Notes: generated by a model not told the origin, from the sequence alone. Numbered from the stretch's first letter, positions 1 through 11,069 are shown. The stretch is DNA of 64,000 nt from Oscillospiraceae bacterium (GCA_022508825.1 JAFLUI010000002.1:14140-78139), one strand, 5' to 3'. Numbers and translations are program-made.

Positions 1-975
1 TCCTCAAATATACACAGGGTACAGCAGATAGTGAACAACGCCATCCGCTGCGGAAGAAAGATAGCAGTCTTCGGCAGGAGTATGCTGAATGTCATCACCA
101 CCGCAATGGAGCTGGGATATCTTAAAGTTCCCGACGGTCTTATCATTGACATCGACGCAATGAACCGCTTTCCGCCTGAGAAGATAGTCCTTATCACCAC
201 AGGCAGCCAGGGCGAGCCTATGTCTGCCCTGTCAAGAATGGCGATGAACGAGCACCGCACAGTGACCATCACGCCTATGGACTTTATCATAATCAGCGCT
301 ACGCCTATCCCCGGCAACGAAAAGCTTGTCACAAAGGTAGTAAACGAGCTTATGAGGGCAGGGGCTGAGGTTATATACGAGTCCATGTACGATGTCCATG
401 TGTCTGGACACGCCTGTCAGGAGGAATTAAAGCTTATGCTTTCCCTGACAAAGCCCAGATACTTCATCCCCGTACACGGAGAGTACAAGCATCTGAAAAA
501 GCACGCAGGACTTGCCTACAGTCTTGGATTTGAGCAGGACAGCGTCATAATCGGAAGCATAGGAAACGTCATTGAAACAGACGGTATTGATATGAAGATA
601 ACGGGACAGGTACCTGCAGGACGTGTATTTGTGGACGGTCTTGGCGTTGGCGACGTGGGTTCCATCGTTCTCAGGGACAGGAAGCATCTTTCCGAGGACG
701 GTCTTATCATTGCCGTTGCCACCATAGAAAACGAGAGCGGAGCCATACTTGCAGGACCCGATATCGTTTCGAGAGGCTTTGTGTATGTCCGTGAGTCGGA
801 GGAGCTTATCGTTGCGGCAAGGGAGCTTCTTATGAAGACCCTCCAGGGCTGTCTTGACAAGGATATGCACGACTGGAACACCATCAAGGGCAAAATGAAG
901 GACGAGCTTGGTGATTATATTTATATGAAGACCAAGCGCAGACCCATGATACTGCCTATTATAATGGAGATATAG
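1..975 (+). CDS. rnj: Ribonuclease J, C-terminal part (5' end lies upstream of the window)
   Basis: The frame is open from the window edge. The translation shows RNase J/beta-CASP motifs (DVHVSGHACQEEL, YFIPVHGEYKH) and the C-terminal domain. The ATG at 31 is internal. Confidence 0.85.
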   Translation, partial: SSNIHRVQQIVNNAIRCGRKIAVFGRSMLNVITTAMELGYLKVPDGLIIDIDAMNRFPPEKIVLITTGSQGEPMSALSRMAMNEHRTVTITPMDFIIISATPIPGNEKLVTKVVNELMRAGAEVIYESMYDVHVSGHACQEELKLMLSLTKPRYFIPVHGEYKHLKKHAGLAYSLGFEQDSVIIGSIGNVIETDGIDMKITGQVPAGRVFVDGLGVGDVGSIVLRDRKHLSEDGLIIAVATIENESGAILAGPDIVSRGFVYVRESEELIVAARELLMKTLQGCLDKDMHDWNTIKGKMKDELGDYIYMKTKRRPMILPIIMEI

Positions 976-1008
976 TATAGATAAATCATATAAGAAGGGG
1001 GTATAGAA

Positions 1009-3003
1009 ATGACCGGAAAACGCTGGACGGCTTTCAAGCTGGTGTCACTGCTGCTGGTGGTGGCAGCTCTTGCAAGCGCATTCTCAGTCTATGAGGTGAA
1101 CGAAGTCCGCTTCTGGATGCTGCTTGGCATCACTGCAATGACGGCTCTTGCATTCCTGACGCTTTTTTCCGCGTCACAGAAAAACCTCCACAGGTTCGTG
1201 ACGGAAATGGAGTCCCAGATTAATATTACAGAAAGGGACTCACTGTATAGATTTCCCGCTCCCGCGGTCATCGTTGACGGGGACGGTATCGTTATCTGGT
1301 ACAATATCGCTTTCACCGATCAGGTCTACGGCGGTGACGCCTTCGGACTGCACATCACAAAGATAATAGACATCGACCTGCGGAAGACCATCGAAAACAA
1401 GAATACCACCGTAAATTACGAGACGGGAAACTTCCGTGTATCTGCCTTCACAACGGAAAAGACGGATGCCAATGATGAGATAATCGCAGAGCTGACACTG
1501 CTCTACTTTGACGATATCAGCGACTACATCAGCCTTGCAAACAAGATCAACGATATACGTCCCGCTGTTATCCTTATTTCAGTGGACAATTACGACGATA
1601 TCCTTTCGGGAGAAAAGGAAAGCGAAAAAGCAAATATATCCATCCAGATAGACAAGCTGATGGAGTCCTATTTTGACGAGCACAATGCGCTGCTTAAAAA
1701 GCTTGATAACGACCGTTTCATCGCTGTTGCAGAGGAGCACGACCTTAACGGTATGCTGGCGGATAAGTTCAGGATACTTGAAAAGGTGAGAGGGATAAAC
1801 GTCACCGAAAAAAATCCCGTGACCATCTCAATAGGCGTTGCAATGGACACGGACAGCATAATCGAAAGCGAGCAGACTGCAAAGCAGGCTCTTGAAATGG
1901 CTCAGGGGCGCGGAGGAGACCAGGCAGCCGTCAAAAAGGAAAGCGGATTTGAATTTTTCGGAGGCGTTGCAACGGGTATCGAAAGAAATACCAAGGTCAA
2001 GACACGTTTTGTTGCCACCGCTTTTATGGAGCTTATCAACACCTGTGACAAGGTGATAATAATGGGACACCGCTTCGGCGACCTTGACAGCATAGGCGCA
2101 GGAGCAGGTCTTGTGGGAGCAATACGCCGTTTCAGACCGGGCAAGGAAGTAAGCATGGCGGTAGACCCTGACAGAAATCTTGCAAAGCCCATCATAGAGC
2201 GTCTCAACGAAAATCTTGACGACGAGCCGGAGATATTTATCTCTCCCTCCGAGGCGCTGAGCCGTATCACCGATGATACACTGCTTATCATTGTGGACAC
2301 CAATAACAGGGACATTATCGAAAACACCGAGCTATGCGAAAGAACAAAGCATATCGCCGTCATTGACCATCACCGTCAGACGGTGAACTACATTGACAAT
2401 GCGGTGATCTTCCATCATGAGCCATATGCGTCCTCTGCAAGCGAGATGACTGCAGAGCTGATACAGTATTTTACCGGCATCGACAAGCTGCCAAGCTATT
2501 ATGCGGACGCAATGTTAGCGGGCATTATGCTCGATACAAAGGATTTTGTCATGCGCACGGGAGTGCGTACCTTTGAAGCAGCCGCCTTCCTGAAAAAGCT
2601 GGGAGCGGACATGGTTGCGGTAAAGGGTCTGTTTGCAAATACCTTGGAGTGCGTAAAGCACCGTTCTCAGCTTATATCCTCTACGGAGATATACAACCGC
2701 TGCGGCATTGCTCTTGACGACAGCGGAGACAGCAGCGCAAGAGTCAGTGCGGCTCAGGCGGCGGACGAGATGCTTGACATCGAGGGCGTTGACGCAAGCT
2801 TTGTAATATTCTGTATCCCTGACGGGGGTATAAATATTTCCGCCCGTTCAAGAGGGGCTATGAATGTGCAGATAATCATGGAAAAGCTGGGGGGCGGCGG
2901 TCACCAGACAATGGCGGCGGCTCAGTTCACGGGGATAACCATCCATGAAGCAAAGGCGAAGCTTGTGGGGGCAATTGACGAGCATATCGCGAATATCAGC
3001 TAA
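1009..3003 (+). CDS. gdpP: Cyclic-di-AMP phosphodiesterase GdpP (TM-PAS-degenerate GGDEF-DHH/DHHA1)
   Basis: 664 aa with two N-terminal TM helices, a DHH motif (AVIDHHRQ) and a DHHA1 motif (GGGGHQTMAAAQ). Lies in the conserved gdpP-rplI-dnaB order seen in Firmicutes. Confidence 0.85.
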   Translation: MTGKRWTAFKLVSLLLVVAALASAFSVYEVNEVRFWMLLGITAMTALAFLTLFSASQKNLHRFVTEMESQINITERDSLYRFPAPAVIVDGDGIVIWYNIAFTDQVYGGDAFGLHITKIIDIDLRKTIENKNTTVNYETGNFRVSAFTTEKTDANDEIIAELTLLYFDDISDYISLANKINDIRPAVILISVDNYDDILSGEKESEKANISIQIDKLMESYFDEHNALLKKLDNDRFIAVAEEHDLNGMLADKFRILEKVRGINVTEKNPVTISIGVAMDTDSIIESEQTAKQALEMAQGRGGDQAAVKKESGFEFFGGVATGIERNTKVKTRFVATAFMELINTCDKVIIMGHRFGDLDSIGAGAGLVGAIRRFRPGKEVSMAVDPDRNLAKPIIERLNENLDDEPEIFISPSEALSRITDDTLLIIVDTNNRDIIENTELCERTKHIAVIDHHRQTVNYIDNAVIFHHEPYASSASEMTAELIQYFTGIDKLPSYYADAMLAGIMLDTKDFVMRTGVRTFEAAAFLKKLGADMVAVKGLFANTLECVKHRSQLISSTEIYNRCGIALDDSGDSSARVSAAQAADEMLDIEGVDASFVIFCIPDGGINISARSRGAMNVQIIMEKLGGGGHQTMAAAQFTGITIHEAKAKLVGAIDEHIANIS

Positions 3004-3034
3004 GATATATTGAAATCGAAAGGAATGTTTTAAA

Positions 3035-3481
3035 ATGAAGGTAATTTTTTTACAGGATGTCAAAGGCTCCGGAAAGAAGGGCGACGTTAAGGAGGTAGCA
3101 GACGGCTACGCAAGAAATTTCCTCATAGGCAAGGGACTTGCCGTGGAGGCTAATGCAAAGAATATGTCCGACCTTGCAGGAAAGAAGTCCTCGGAGCAGC
3201 ATAAGGCTGACGTTGCAAAGCAGGAGGCTCTTGATGCGGCTGCAAAGATAAAGGACAAAAAGGTAGTGTGCAGGTCCAAGGCAGGACAGGGCGGAAAGCT
3301 TTTCGGCTCGGTGACTGCAGGCAATATCGCAGATCTTATAGAGCAGCAGCTGGGCGTAAAGGTGGACAAGAAAAAGGTGTCCCTCAGTTCAGAGATAAAG
3401 TCCTTCGGCACATATACTGCGGAGGTAAAATTCCTTGCGGGTATTTCCGAGAAAATAACCGTAGAGGTCACAGAGGAATAA
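3035..3481 (+). CDS. rplI: 50S ribosomal protein L9
   Basis: 148 aa with the N-terminus [30 protein letters not shown] typical of bL9. A GAAAGGA ribosome-binding site lies upstream. Confidence 0.95.
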   Translation: MKVIFLQDVKGSGKKGDVKEVADGYARNFLIGKGLAVEANAKNMSDLAGKKSSEQHKADVAKQEALDAAAKIKDKKVVCRSKAGQGGKLFGSVTAGNIADLIEQQLGVKVDKKKVSLSSEIKSFGTYTAEVKFLAGISEKITVEVTEE

Positions 3482-3514
3482 AAGGTACCTATATTTTATC
3501 GGGAGCTGAAATGT

Positions 3515-4864
3515 ATGGACTTTGATCTGAATATAGGGGAGATGCCCCATAACGTTGAAGCGGAGCAGGCTGTTCTGGGCGCGCTGCTCATCGACCCGGA
3601 ACTGATCTCCGTGGCAATGAACTACATAAAGGCTGACAGCTTCTATGTTTCAAAGCACAAGGACCTTTATGCCATCATAGAGAGACTTTTTACATTCGGC
3701 GTGAACGTGGATGTCATCACCGTCATAAACGAGGCGGTAAAGGAAAAGATCTTTGAAAGCTCTGCGGCAGGAAGGGATTATGTTCTTAAAATTGCAGACC
3801 CCCATCTTGTCATTACAAGCAATATAGAAAATTACTGTAAGATCGTCGAGGAAAAATACTATATCCGCCAGCTTATAACAGCTGCGAGGGACATAATCGA
3901 CGCTTCCGCGGGAGGGCAGGAGACTGCCGAGCATCTTCTTGACTATGCGGAGCAGAAGATCTACGATATCCGTCAGGGAAAGGCAGTGGACGGACTTTCA
4001 AAGATCGGTGACGTCCTTGCGGAAGCGTATACCGAGCTTGGACGGAGAGCAGGTCCCGACAAGGAAAAATATATGAGCGCAAGATCGGGCTTTGGCAAGC
4101 TTGATAACATCATTAACGGACTTAACAGATCGGATCTTATTATTTTAGCCGCCCGTCCTGCTATGGGAAAGTCAGCGTTTGCTCTTAATCTGGCGGTGAA
4201 CGTGGCACGTGTCCATACGGACGCCCAGGTGGTCATATTCTCTCTGGAGATGTCCAATGAGCAGAATGTCACCAGAATGCTGTCCTCCGAGAGCTTGGTG
4301 AACAGCAAGCACATTATGGAGGGAAATATTTCACATAAAGAGTGGGAAGAGCTTGCTGATGGCGCAAACAGACTGAACAGCATGAACATCTATCTTGACG
4401 ATACCGCAGGAATAACTGTCCCCCAGATGAAAGCAAAGCTGCGCCGGATGAATAATCTGGGACTGGTCATCATCGACTATCTCCAGCTTATGAATTCAGG
4501 CAGACGGAATGATAACCGTGTAAACGAGGTTTCCGAAATAACCAGACAGTTAAAGCTTATGGCAAAGGAGCTGAACGTTCCCGTTGTAACGCTTTCACAG
4601 CTTTCCCGTTCGGTGGAGTCCAGAACAGACAAGCGTCCTGTTCTTTCCGACCTGCGTGATTCGGGCTCTATCGAGCAGGATGCGGATATTGTTATGTTTC
4701 TCTACCGTGACGAATACTATAACAAGAACACTCAGGATCCTTCCCTTTCGGAATGTATAGTGGCGAAGAACCGTCACGGCAAAACGGGATCGATAGATCT
4801 GCGCTACAACGGTGACTTTCTGCGGTTTTTTGCAGTGGACACAAATGAGCGGAAGGAAGAATAA
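3515..4864 (+). CDS. dnaB: Replicative DNA helicase (DnaB family)
   Basis: 449 aa. Motifs: N-terminal PHNVEAEQAVLGALL, Walker A ARPAMGKSAF, Walker B IIDYLQLM, and SQLSR. Confidence 0.95.
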   Translation: MDFDLNIGEMPHNVEAEQAVLGALLIDPELISVAMNYIKADSFYVSKHKDLYAIIERLFTFGVNVDVITVINEAVKEKIFESSAAGRDYVLKIADPHLVITSNIENYCKIVEEKYYIRQLITAARDIIDASAGGQETAEHLLDYAEQKIYDIRQGKAVDGLSKIGDVLAEAYTELGRRAGPDKEKYMSARSGFGKLDNIINGLNRSDLIILAARPAMGKSAFALNLAVNVARVHTDAQVVIFSLEMSNEQNVTRMLSSESLVNSKHIMEGNISHKEWEELADGANRLNSMNIYLDDTAGITVPQMKAKLRRMNNLGLVIIDYLQLMNSGRRNDNRVNEVSEITRQLKLMAKELNVPVVTLSQLSRSVESRTDKRPVLSDLRDSGSIEQDADIVMFLYRDEYYNKNTQDPSLSECIVAKNRHGKTGSIDLRYNGDFLRFFAVDTNERKEE

Positions 4865-4913
4865 AGGCAGCACTGCACAAGGAGCGGCTGCTGCCTGAAA
4901 ATATTTTTCAGAG

Positions 4914-6236
4914 GTGTATATGCTAAGCAAAGTCAAATCAGCTGTTGAAAGATACGATATGATAAAAAAGGGCGAAGCTGTCTGCTGTGCGCTTTCGGGC
5001 GGGGCGGACAGCGTTGCCCTGCTTATCGCTCTGCAGGAGCTTTCCGCAGAGCTGGGAGCCGGTCTTTCCGCAGTCCATATCAACCATATGCTCCGGGGAG
5101 AGGAAAGCGACCGTGACGAGGAATTCTGCAGGGAGCTTTGCAAAAAAAGAGGTATACCCCTGACTGTTATCCGGAAAAACGCCGCCGCCTTTGCTCACTC
5201 CATGGGACTTTCCGTTGAAACAGGGGCAAGAGAGATGCGGTATCAGATATTTTCGGAGCTGGCGGCGGACAAGATCGCTACCGCCCACAATCTGAACGAC
5301 AACGCAGAGACCCTCATTTTCCGTTTTGCAAGAGGCACGGGACTCCGGGGACTGGCAGGGATACCTCCTGTAAGGGGGAATATTATCCGTCCGCTGCTCT
5401 GGTGCTCACGAGAGGAGATCGAGACCTTTCTGGCAGCAAGAGACCAGTCCTTTGTAACGGACAGCACAAATCTCACCGATGATTATACAAGGAACCGCAT
5501 CCGACATAAGATAATGCCTGAAATGGCTGCTCTCCACGGGGCTTTTCCCGGATGTGTGACAGCTCTGACCGCTTCCTTTGCCGAGGACGAGGATTTTTTG
5601 ACCTCCGAGGCTGAAAAGTACAAGGGAAAGGATCTGCGGGATATCCACCCCGCTTTGCGGAAAAGAGTAATCATATCCTGCCTTAAGGAACATAAACTGG
5701 AAGTAACGGCAGCCCGTGCTGCGGAAATAGATTCGGCTCTCCTTGGAGAAGGAGGAAAAATAGACCTTGGCAGAGGGCTTACAGCTTTTATCAGAAACGG
5801 AAAGATCATCGTCCGCAGGGAAAAAGAGGTCAGGATAAACGAACTGAAAATACTAAGGGACGGAGAGTATCCCTTTTCAAGTGATAGAATTGTGACAGTA
5901 TCGAAAGTAAATTGCGAAAAAATGAACAGTACGGAGATTGTTAATAAAAAATTAACAACTGACACGCTGGATTATGATAAAATAAATGGTGACGTTGTTT
6001 TGAGAAACAGACTCAGAGGCGACAGGATAAAGCCTGCGGGCTCGGCTCATACAAGAGAGCTGAGAAAGCTTCTGCAGGAGCGTCTTCCCTTCGGAGAACG
6101 GCGTGTATGCGCGGTGCTTGCCGACAGGGACGGGGTCATCTGGGCAGAGCACGTTGGCGCTGCAGAGCGTGTGGCTCCGGACGAAAACACCGGTCTTCTG
6201 ATGAAAATAAACGTCACCCAGTCAGATAAAATTTAG
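4914..6236 (+). CDS. tilS: tRNA(Ile)-lysidine synthase
   Basis: PP-loop motif ALSGGADS, 440 aa, in tilS-hpt-ftsH synteny. GTG start at 4914; an alternative ATG lies at 4920. Confidence 0.9.
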   Translation: MYMLSKVKSAVERYDMIKKGEAVCCALSGGADSVALLIALQELSAELGAGLSAVHINHMLRGEESDRDEEFCRELCKKRGIPLTVIRKNAAAFAHSMGLSVETGAREMRYQIFSELAADKIATAHNLNDNAETLIFRFARGTGLRGLAGIPPVRGNIIRPLLWCSREEIETFLAARDQSFVTDSTNLTDDYTRNRIRHKIMPEMAALHGAFPGCVTALTASFAEDEDFLTSEAEKYKGKDLRDIHPALRKRVIISCLKEHKLEVTAARAAEIDSALLGEGGKIDLGRGLTAFIRNGKIIVRREKEVRINELKILRDGEYPFSSDRIVTVSKVNCEKMNSTEIVNKKLTTDTLDYDKINGDVVLRNRLRGDRIKPAGSAHTRELRKLLQERLPFGERRVCAVLADRDGVIWAEHVGAAERVAPDENTGLLMKINVTQSDKI

Positions 6237-6254
6237 TCAGAAAGGGTCCTGTAA

Positions 6255-6800
6255 ATGAATGCTGAAGCGATAAAACAGGATAGTCATATAAAAAAAGTCA
6301 TTCTGTCCGAAGAGGAGATCAGACAGAAGGTCAGTGAGACAGGAAGGCTTATAAGCGAAAAGTATGCAGGAAAGCCGCTTATGCTGGTGAGCATACTGAA
6401 AGGCTCGTTCATATTTCTTGCGGACTTATGCCGCAGTCTCACCATACCCTGTGAGATAGGCTTCATGCGGGTAAGCAGCTATTATGAGGGCACAAGCTCC
6501 TCCGGCGAGATAAACATCATAATGGATCTGGACAGGGATGTGAGCGGATATCACGTTATCATCGCCGAGGATATCATTGACACAGGAAGAACTCTTAACG
6601 ATATCATAGACCGTATGAAGAAAAAGGGGCCGCTGTCGGTGGAGGTCATAACTCTGCTTGACAAGCCTGAAAGACGTCTTGTCCCTTTGAAAGCGGATAT
6701 GTCCTTGTTCGAGATACCCGATCTTTTTGTGGTGGGGTACGGTCTTGACTGCGGGGAGAGATACAGAAATCTCCCCTATATAGCCGAATATTCAGAATAA
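6255..6800 (+). CDS. hpt: Hypoxanthine phosphoribosyltransferase
   Basis: 181 aa with the PRPP-binding motif VIIAEDIIDTGRTL. Confidence 0.9.
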   Translation: MNAEAIKQDSHIKKVILSEEEIRQKVSETGRLISEKYAGKPLMLVSILKGSFIFLADLCRSLTIPCEIGFMRVSSYYEGTSSSGEINIIMDLDRDVSGYHVIIAEDIIDTGRTLNDIIDRMKKKGPLSVEVITLLDKPERRLVPLKADMSLFEIPDLFVVGYGLDCGERYRNLPYIAEYSE

Positions 6801-6967
6801 CTGTCTTCAATTAAATATATCATAATGGGGGCAATACTAATCCCGATTATTAAAATAGACAAAAGCAAGCCACAAAAGCTTGCATTTATGGGTTTTGCGG
6901 CTTGATTTTGTCATATTTTAAAAGAGGGATTTGTATAAAAGCTCTCAACAGAAAGGATTGATAACAA

Positions 6968-9085
6968 GTGGGTTCAAAGAAAAACACGGGTATTGTTGTT
7001 TATGCTCTGGTAATGATAGCAGCTATCGCTCTGGCAGTAGTTCTGCTTAAGCAGGCGACCAAGCCTGAGCCGGAGTACACATATTCGGAGATAATGGAGT
7101 ATTTTGATAATTATCAGGTCTCGGAAATGAATTTCGATCTTGGCACCGGAGAGCTGGAGATCTTTGTTGACGGCAGAAGCACGCCTATCACTTACACAGT
7201 TCCCAATGTTACGGTGTTCCTGAACGAGATACAGACAGGCACGGAGAACTACCGCCGGGAGTATAATGAAAGACATCCGGACGCTCCGTTAAAGCTTGAA
7301 TACTATAAAATACAGGATACATCCTGGCTGTATAATCTGATACCGTCCCTGCTGATAATCGGTCTGATGATCTTTTTCTTCTTCTTTATGATGCGTCAGG
7401 CAGGCGGCGGAAAAATGAACAACTTCGGCAAAGCGAACGTCAAGAACGCCGCCGGAAAAAAGCATACCTTTGACGACGTGGCAGGCGCTGACGAGGAAAA
7501 GGAAGAGCTTGCCGAGATAGTTGACTTCCTGAAAAATCCCAAGAAATACAGCGAAATGGGCGCAAGAATACCCAAGGGCGTTCTGCTGATAGGTCCTCCC
7601 GGTACAGGTAAGACCCTTCTTGCAAAGGCTGTTTCGGGCGAGGCGGGAGTACCTTTCTTCTCCATCTCAGGCTCCGACTTCGTTGAAATGTTCGTCGGCG
7701 TAGGTGCGTCCCGTGTACGTGACCTGTTCGAGACTGCAAAGAAAAACTCTCCTGCTATCGTGTTCATCGACGAGATCGACGCCGTAGGACGCCGCAGAGG
7801 CGCGGGTCTGGGCGGCGGTCACGATGAGCGTGAGCAGACTCTTAACCAGCTCCTTGTTGAGATGGACGGCTTTGAAGGCAACGAGGGTGTTATCGTTATC
7901 GCAGCAACGAACCGCCGTGATATTCTCGACCCTGCGCTGCTTCGTCCCGGACGTTTCGACCGTGAGGTAATGGTGGGCTATCCCGATGTAAAGGGCAGAG
8001 AGGAAATTCTGAAAGTCCATGCAAAGAACAAGCCCCTTGCTCCCGACGTTGACCTGAATGTCATTGCAAAGACCACTCAGTTCTTTACAGGTGCCGATCT
8101 TGAAAACCTCCTTAACGAGGCTGCCCTCCTTGCGGCAAGAGCAAACCGCAAGTCCATTATCGAAAACGATATCGAGGAGGCTACCCTGAAGGTCATTGCA
8201 GGCCCCGAAAAGAAATCCCATATCGTTACCGACCGTGACAAAAAGATCACCGCCTACCACGAGGCGGGTCACGCAGTTGCTGCTTACCATCTGCCTGAGT
8301 GCGAAAAGGTACATCAGGTAACAACTATCCAGAGAGGTCAGGCGGCAGGACTTACAGTGTGCCGTCCCGAGACAGACGACAACCACGTAACAAAAGGCAA
8401 GATGTATCAGGATATCGTTATGACAATGGGCGGACGTGTTGCTGAGTCTCTTGCATTCGAGGACGTATGCACAGGCGCAAGCGGAGATATCCAGCAGGCT
8501 ACCAAGAAGGCAAGAGCAATGGTCACACGCTACGGATTTTCCGACGCGCTGGGTCCCGTTCTTTACGGCGGGGACTCTGACGAGGTATTCCTGGGCAGAG
8601 ACTACGGTCACACTCACCAGTACAGTGAGGAGACTGCAAACCTTATCGACAGCGAGGTAAAGAGGATAATCACCGAAGCTTATGCAGAGTGTGAAAGGAT
8701 TCTTACCGAATACAATGACCAGCTTGTGAAGCTTGCCGAGTACCTTATCGAGCATGAAAAGATCAACGGCGATGACTTTGAAAAGCTTATGAAGAGCGTT
8801 GAAGCCGGAGAGGATATCGCATCCACACTGACTCTGGAGGAGATCGGTGCTGACGAGGCAAACCTGATCGAGGGCATTGAAAAGCATGAAAGCGGATCGG
8901 CTGACGACGAGCCTGACGGGGAGATCACTTCCACACCGGTTCTTGAAGAGATAGGCGCTGAGGAAAAGAAGTCCGAGGATAAGGACGATGACAAGCCAAA
9001 GGATGAAGACAAGGACGAAGACAAATCGGACGGCGGCAAGTCAGACGAAGATAAGTCGGACGAAGATAAATCAGATAATGAATAA
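6968..9085 (+). CDS. ftsH: ATP-dependent zinc metalloprotease FtsH
   Basis: GTG start and two TM helices. AAA Walker A GPPGTGKT, second region of homology, and Zn motif HEAGHA. The C-terminal tail of about 70 aa is acidic low-complexity sequence (DKDEDKSD repeats). Confidence 0.95.
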   Translation: MGSKKNTGIVVYALVMIAAIALAVVLLKQATKPEPEYTYSEIMEYFDNYQVSEMNFDLGTGELEIFVDGRSTPITYTVPNVTVFLNEIQTGTENYRREYNERHPDAPLKLEYYKIQDTSWLYNLIPSLLIIGLMIFFFFFMMRQAGGGKMNNFGKANVKNAAGKKHTFDDVAGADEEKEELAEIVDFLKNPKKYSEMGARIPKGVLLIGPPGTGKTLLAKAVSGEAGVPFFSISGSDFVEMFVGVGASRVRDLFETAKKNSPAIVFIDEIDAVGRRRGAGLGGGHDEREQTLNQLLVEMDGFEGNEGVIVIAATNRRDILDPALLRPGRFDREVMVGYPDVKGREEILKVHAKNKPLAPDVDLNVIAKTTQFFTGADLENLLNEAALLAARANRKSIIENDIEEATLKVIAGPEKKSHIVTDRDKKITAYHEAGHAVAAYHLPECEKVHQVTTIQRGQAAGLTVCRPETDDNHVTKGKMYQDIVMTMGGRVAESLAFEDVCTGASGDIQQATKKARAMVTRYGFSDALGPVLYGGDSDEVFLGRDYGHTHQYSEETANLIDSEVKRIITEAYAECERILTEYNDQLVKLAEYLIEHEKINGDDFEKLMKSVEAGEDIASTLTLEEIGADEANLIEGIEKHESGSADDEPDGEITSTPVLEEIGAEEKKSEDKDDDKPKDEDKDEDKSDGGKSDEDKSDEDKSDNE

Positions 9086-9146
9086 TTTCCCTTCTCAGGG
9101 CGAGGAGATGCAAAACTCCTCGCTCTTTGTTTTTATCGGAGGTACT

Positions 9147-9914
9147 ATGAATTTATTGTTTTTAGGAGACGTTGTGGGAGCCATCGGAACAAATTTCGTT
9201 GCGGATAAGCTGAGGGGGATAAAGCAGCTTTACGGCATTGATATGACGGTCATAAACGGAGAGAACAGTGCTAACGGAAACGGCATCACCCCCCAGTCGG
9301 CAAAGCAGCTCTTTGACTGCGGGGCAGACGTCATCACTACAGGGAACCACTGCTACAGGCGCAGGGAGATATATCCTATGCTGGAGTCGGAGCAGTATCT
9401 TCTGCGTCCCGCAAATTTCCCCGAGGGCAATCCGGGGCACGGGTACTGCATATATGACATGGGAAGCTGTCAGGTGGCGGTCATCAATCTTATGGGCACT
9501 GTCTTTATGGAGGCACTTGACAATCCCTTTGCAGCAATAGACAGCATACTGGAAAAAATAGACACAAAAAATATTATTGTAGACTTCCATGCGGAAGCTA
9601 CCGGCGAAAAGAAAGCAATGGGATTTTATCTTGCGGAAAAGGTGACCGCAGTTTTCGGAACACATACCCACGTCCAGACTGCGGACGAGATGATACTGTC
9701 GGGACACACGGGCTATATCACAGACGCAGGGATGTGCGGTCCCGAGCATTCCGCTCTTGGAGTGAAGGCAGAAATTGCCATCGAGAAACAGCGGTTCCAC
9801 GGTCCCGTGCGCTTCGCCGAGGCGGACACGACCCCCTTTATCAACGGGGTATTTATCGAATTTAATCATAATAATGGTAAATGTGTTAAAATCGAAAGAC
9901 TTATAATTAGATAA
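9147..9914 (+). CDS. ymdB: YmdB-like metallophosphoesterase (TIGR00282-type 2',3'-cyclic-nucleotide phosphodiesterase)
   Basis: Starts MNLLFLGDVVG with GGAGG 5 nt upstream. Motifs GENSANGNGIT, TTGNH, DFHAEATGEK and GTHTHVQTADE. The longer tracked ORF from 8988 overlaps the ftsH 3' end and was rejected. Confidence 0.85.
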   Translation: MNLLFLGDVVGAIGTNFVADKLRGIKQLYGIDMTVINGENSANGNGITPQSAKQLFDCGADVITTGNHCYRRREIYPMLESEQYLLRPANFPEGNPGHGYCIYDMGSCQVAVINLMGTVFMEALDNPFAAIDSILEKIDTKNIIVDFHAEATGEKKAMGFYLAEKVTAVFGTHTHVQTADEMILSGHTGYITDAGMCGPEHSALGVKAEIAIEKQRFHGPVRFAEADTTPFINGVFIEFNHNNGKCVKIERLIIR

Positions 9915-10047
9915 ACCGCTGAATTTATTACAAAGGTATTGCAATATGGCTACAATTAGTGTATACTTAAATAAATGTAATTGGCCTAAAAGTCATTTTT
10001 TCAGATTCTGCAATATACCTAAAAATATGAATTCGGGAGGCGTTTTT

Positions 10048-10308
10048 ATGGAGGTTCTTAAGGTTTCGGCACGTTCATACCCAAATTCAGTGGCGGGCGC
10101 CATTGCAAGCGTAATGCGCGAAAATGGATCTGTTGAAGTTCAGGCAGTAGGCGCCGGAGCGGCAAATCAAGCCATAAAAGCGATCGCTGTCGCCCGTGGT
10201 TATCTTGCTCCTGTAGGTGTGGATCTGATCTGCTATCCTGCTTTTGCCAGTGTTGAGATAGACGGTGAAAACAGGACTGCTATTCGCTTGATCTGCGAGG
10301 GAAGGTAA
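10048..10308 (+). CDS. spoVS: Stage V sporulation protein S
   Basis: 86 aa. MEVLKVSARSYPNSVAGAIASVMRENG...AVGAGAANQAIKAIAVARGYL is colinear with SpoVS. GGGAGG ribosome-binding site. Confidence 0.9.
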   Translation: MEVLKVSARSYPNSVAGAIASVMRENGSVEVQAVGAGAANQAIKAIAVARGYLAPVGVDLICYPAFASVEIDGENRTAIRLICEGR

Positions 10309-10445
10309 TGCTGTTTGACAGGGTATAAGACGACGCTATAGCATAAAGACATAAGGAAAGTAAAGTGAGTTTTTTATGCTGACGGCAAACAGGAGTAAGG
10401 CTTATGGCTTTGCTCCTTTATTTTTGATCTGCAAGGTGATAAATA

Positions 10446-11069
10446 ATGGAGCTTGACTATCTGAAAATCAGAACCGACAGGGGATATATGTACGGCGGAG
10501 ACCAGAGCCTTTTCGGGAAGCTGTCCTCTCACAGCGGCTGCGGCATGATCGCGGTCTGCGACACCATACTTTTTCTGCGCCATGGTGAGGGATATTCTCC
10601 CACGCTTTCGGAGTACACATCATTTGTGGAGGATGTCCGCGACAATGACATTTACCGTCACAGACTGAACCTGATAGGCGTCCCCACGGGACTGATAATA
10701 AAAACACTGAAAAAGTACACAAAAAAAAGCTTCCGCTTTTACGGAAAAGGGAAATTTGACAGGAAGGGTCTGGGACAGCTCATCTCCGATTCAATCCTGC
10801 AGGGGGTGCCTGTAATTGTCCGCATCGGAGAAAACGGGAACAGGCTCCCCTATAAAATAAATTTTCCCGCCTCGGGAAACAAGACCCGGACGGGAAAAAT
10901 AAGATGGCATTATATTACGGTCACAGGACTCACAGACTCAGAGACGGTGCTCTTTTCCTCATGGGGAGGCAGGGGAGAGATGGAGCTCGACCACCTGTAC
11001 AGGTATTTCGGAGTGACCGGGGGAGTGTTTCTTATTGATTCTTTATCCTTGCGGACAGGGCGTCAATAA
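10446..11069 (+). CDS. Hypothetical protein, possibly a papain-like (C39/BtrH-N-like) cysteine peptidase fold
   Basis: 207-aa ORF. Candidate Cys (HSGCGMIAVCD) and His (RWHYITVTG) are arranged as in C39-like peptidases, but this is pattern-level evidence only. The 3' end overlaps the convergent PPK2 gene by 38 nt. Confidence 0.4.
   Translation: MELDYLKIRTDRGYMYGGDQSLFGKLSSHSGCGMIAVCDTILFLRHGEGYSPTLSEYTSFVEDVRDNDIYRHRLNLIGVPTGLIIKTLKKYTKKSFRFYGKGKFDRKGLGQLISDSILQGVPVIVRIGENGNRLPYKINFPASGNKTRTGKIRWHYITVTGLTDSETVLFSSWGGRGEMELDHLYRYFGVTGGVFLIDSLSLRTGRQ

Noticed and set aside
7667-8887. A 406-aa minus-strand ORF inside ftsH. Similar long antisense ORFs occur elsewhere, e.g. 11449..12483 (+) inside PPK2, 51753..52844 (-) and 50034..50672 (-) inside the hybrid kinase, 57239..58024 (+) inside the ADH gene, 9162..9944 (-) inside ymdB, 48064..48756 (+) inside the amidohydrolase gene, and 58266..59078 (-) inside larB.
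   Set aside because: Each lies fully within, and antisense to, a gene with unmistakable conserved motifs. Their translations are low-complexity or Cys/His/Arg-rich with no motifs. They are classic shadow ORFs of GC-biased coding sequence.
8988-9146. The N-terminal extension of the ymdB ORF (the tracked ORF starts at 8988).
   Set aside because: The extension overlaps the ftsH 3' end in another frame and translates the acidic repeat region into T/K/R-rich nonsense. A GGAGG ribosome-binding site and the conserved MNLLFLGDVVG start occur at 9147.
11032-11069. The 38-nt convergent overlap between the 10446..11069 ORF and the PPK2 gene as a regulatory feature.
   Set aside because: It is more likely that the true stop or extent of the poorly supported 207-aa ORF is simply tolerated, or that the terminal residues are non-essential. 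There is no structure or motif in the overlap.
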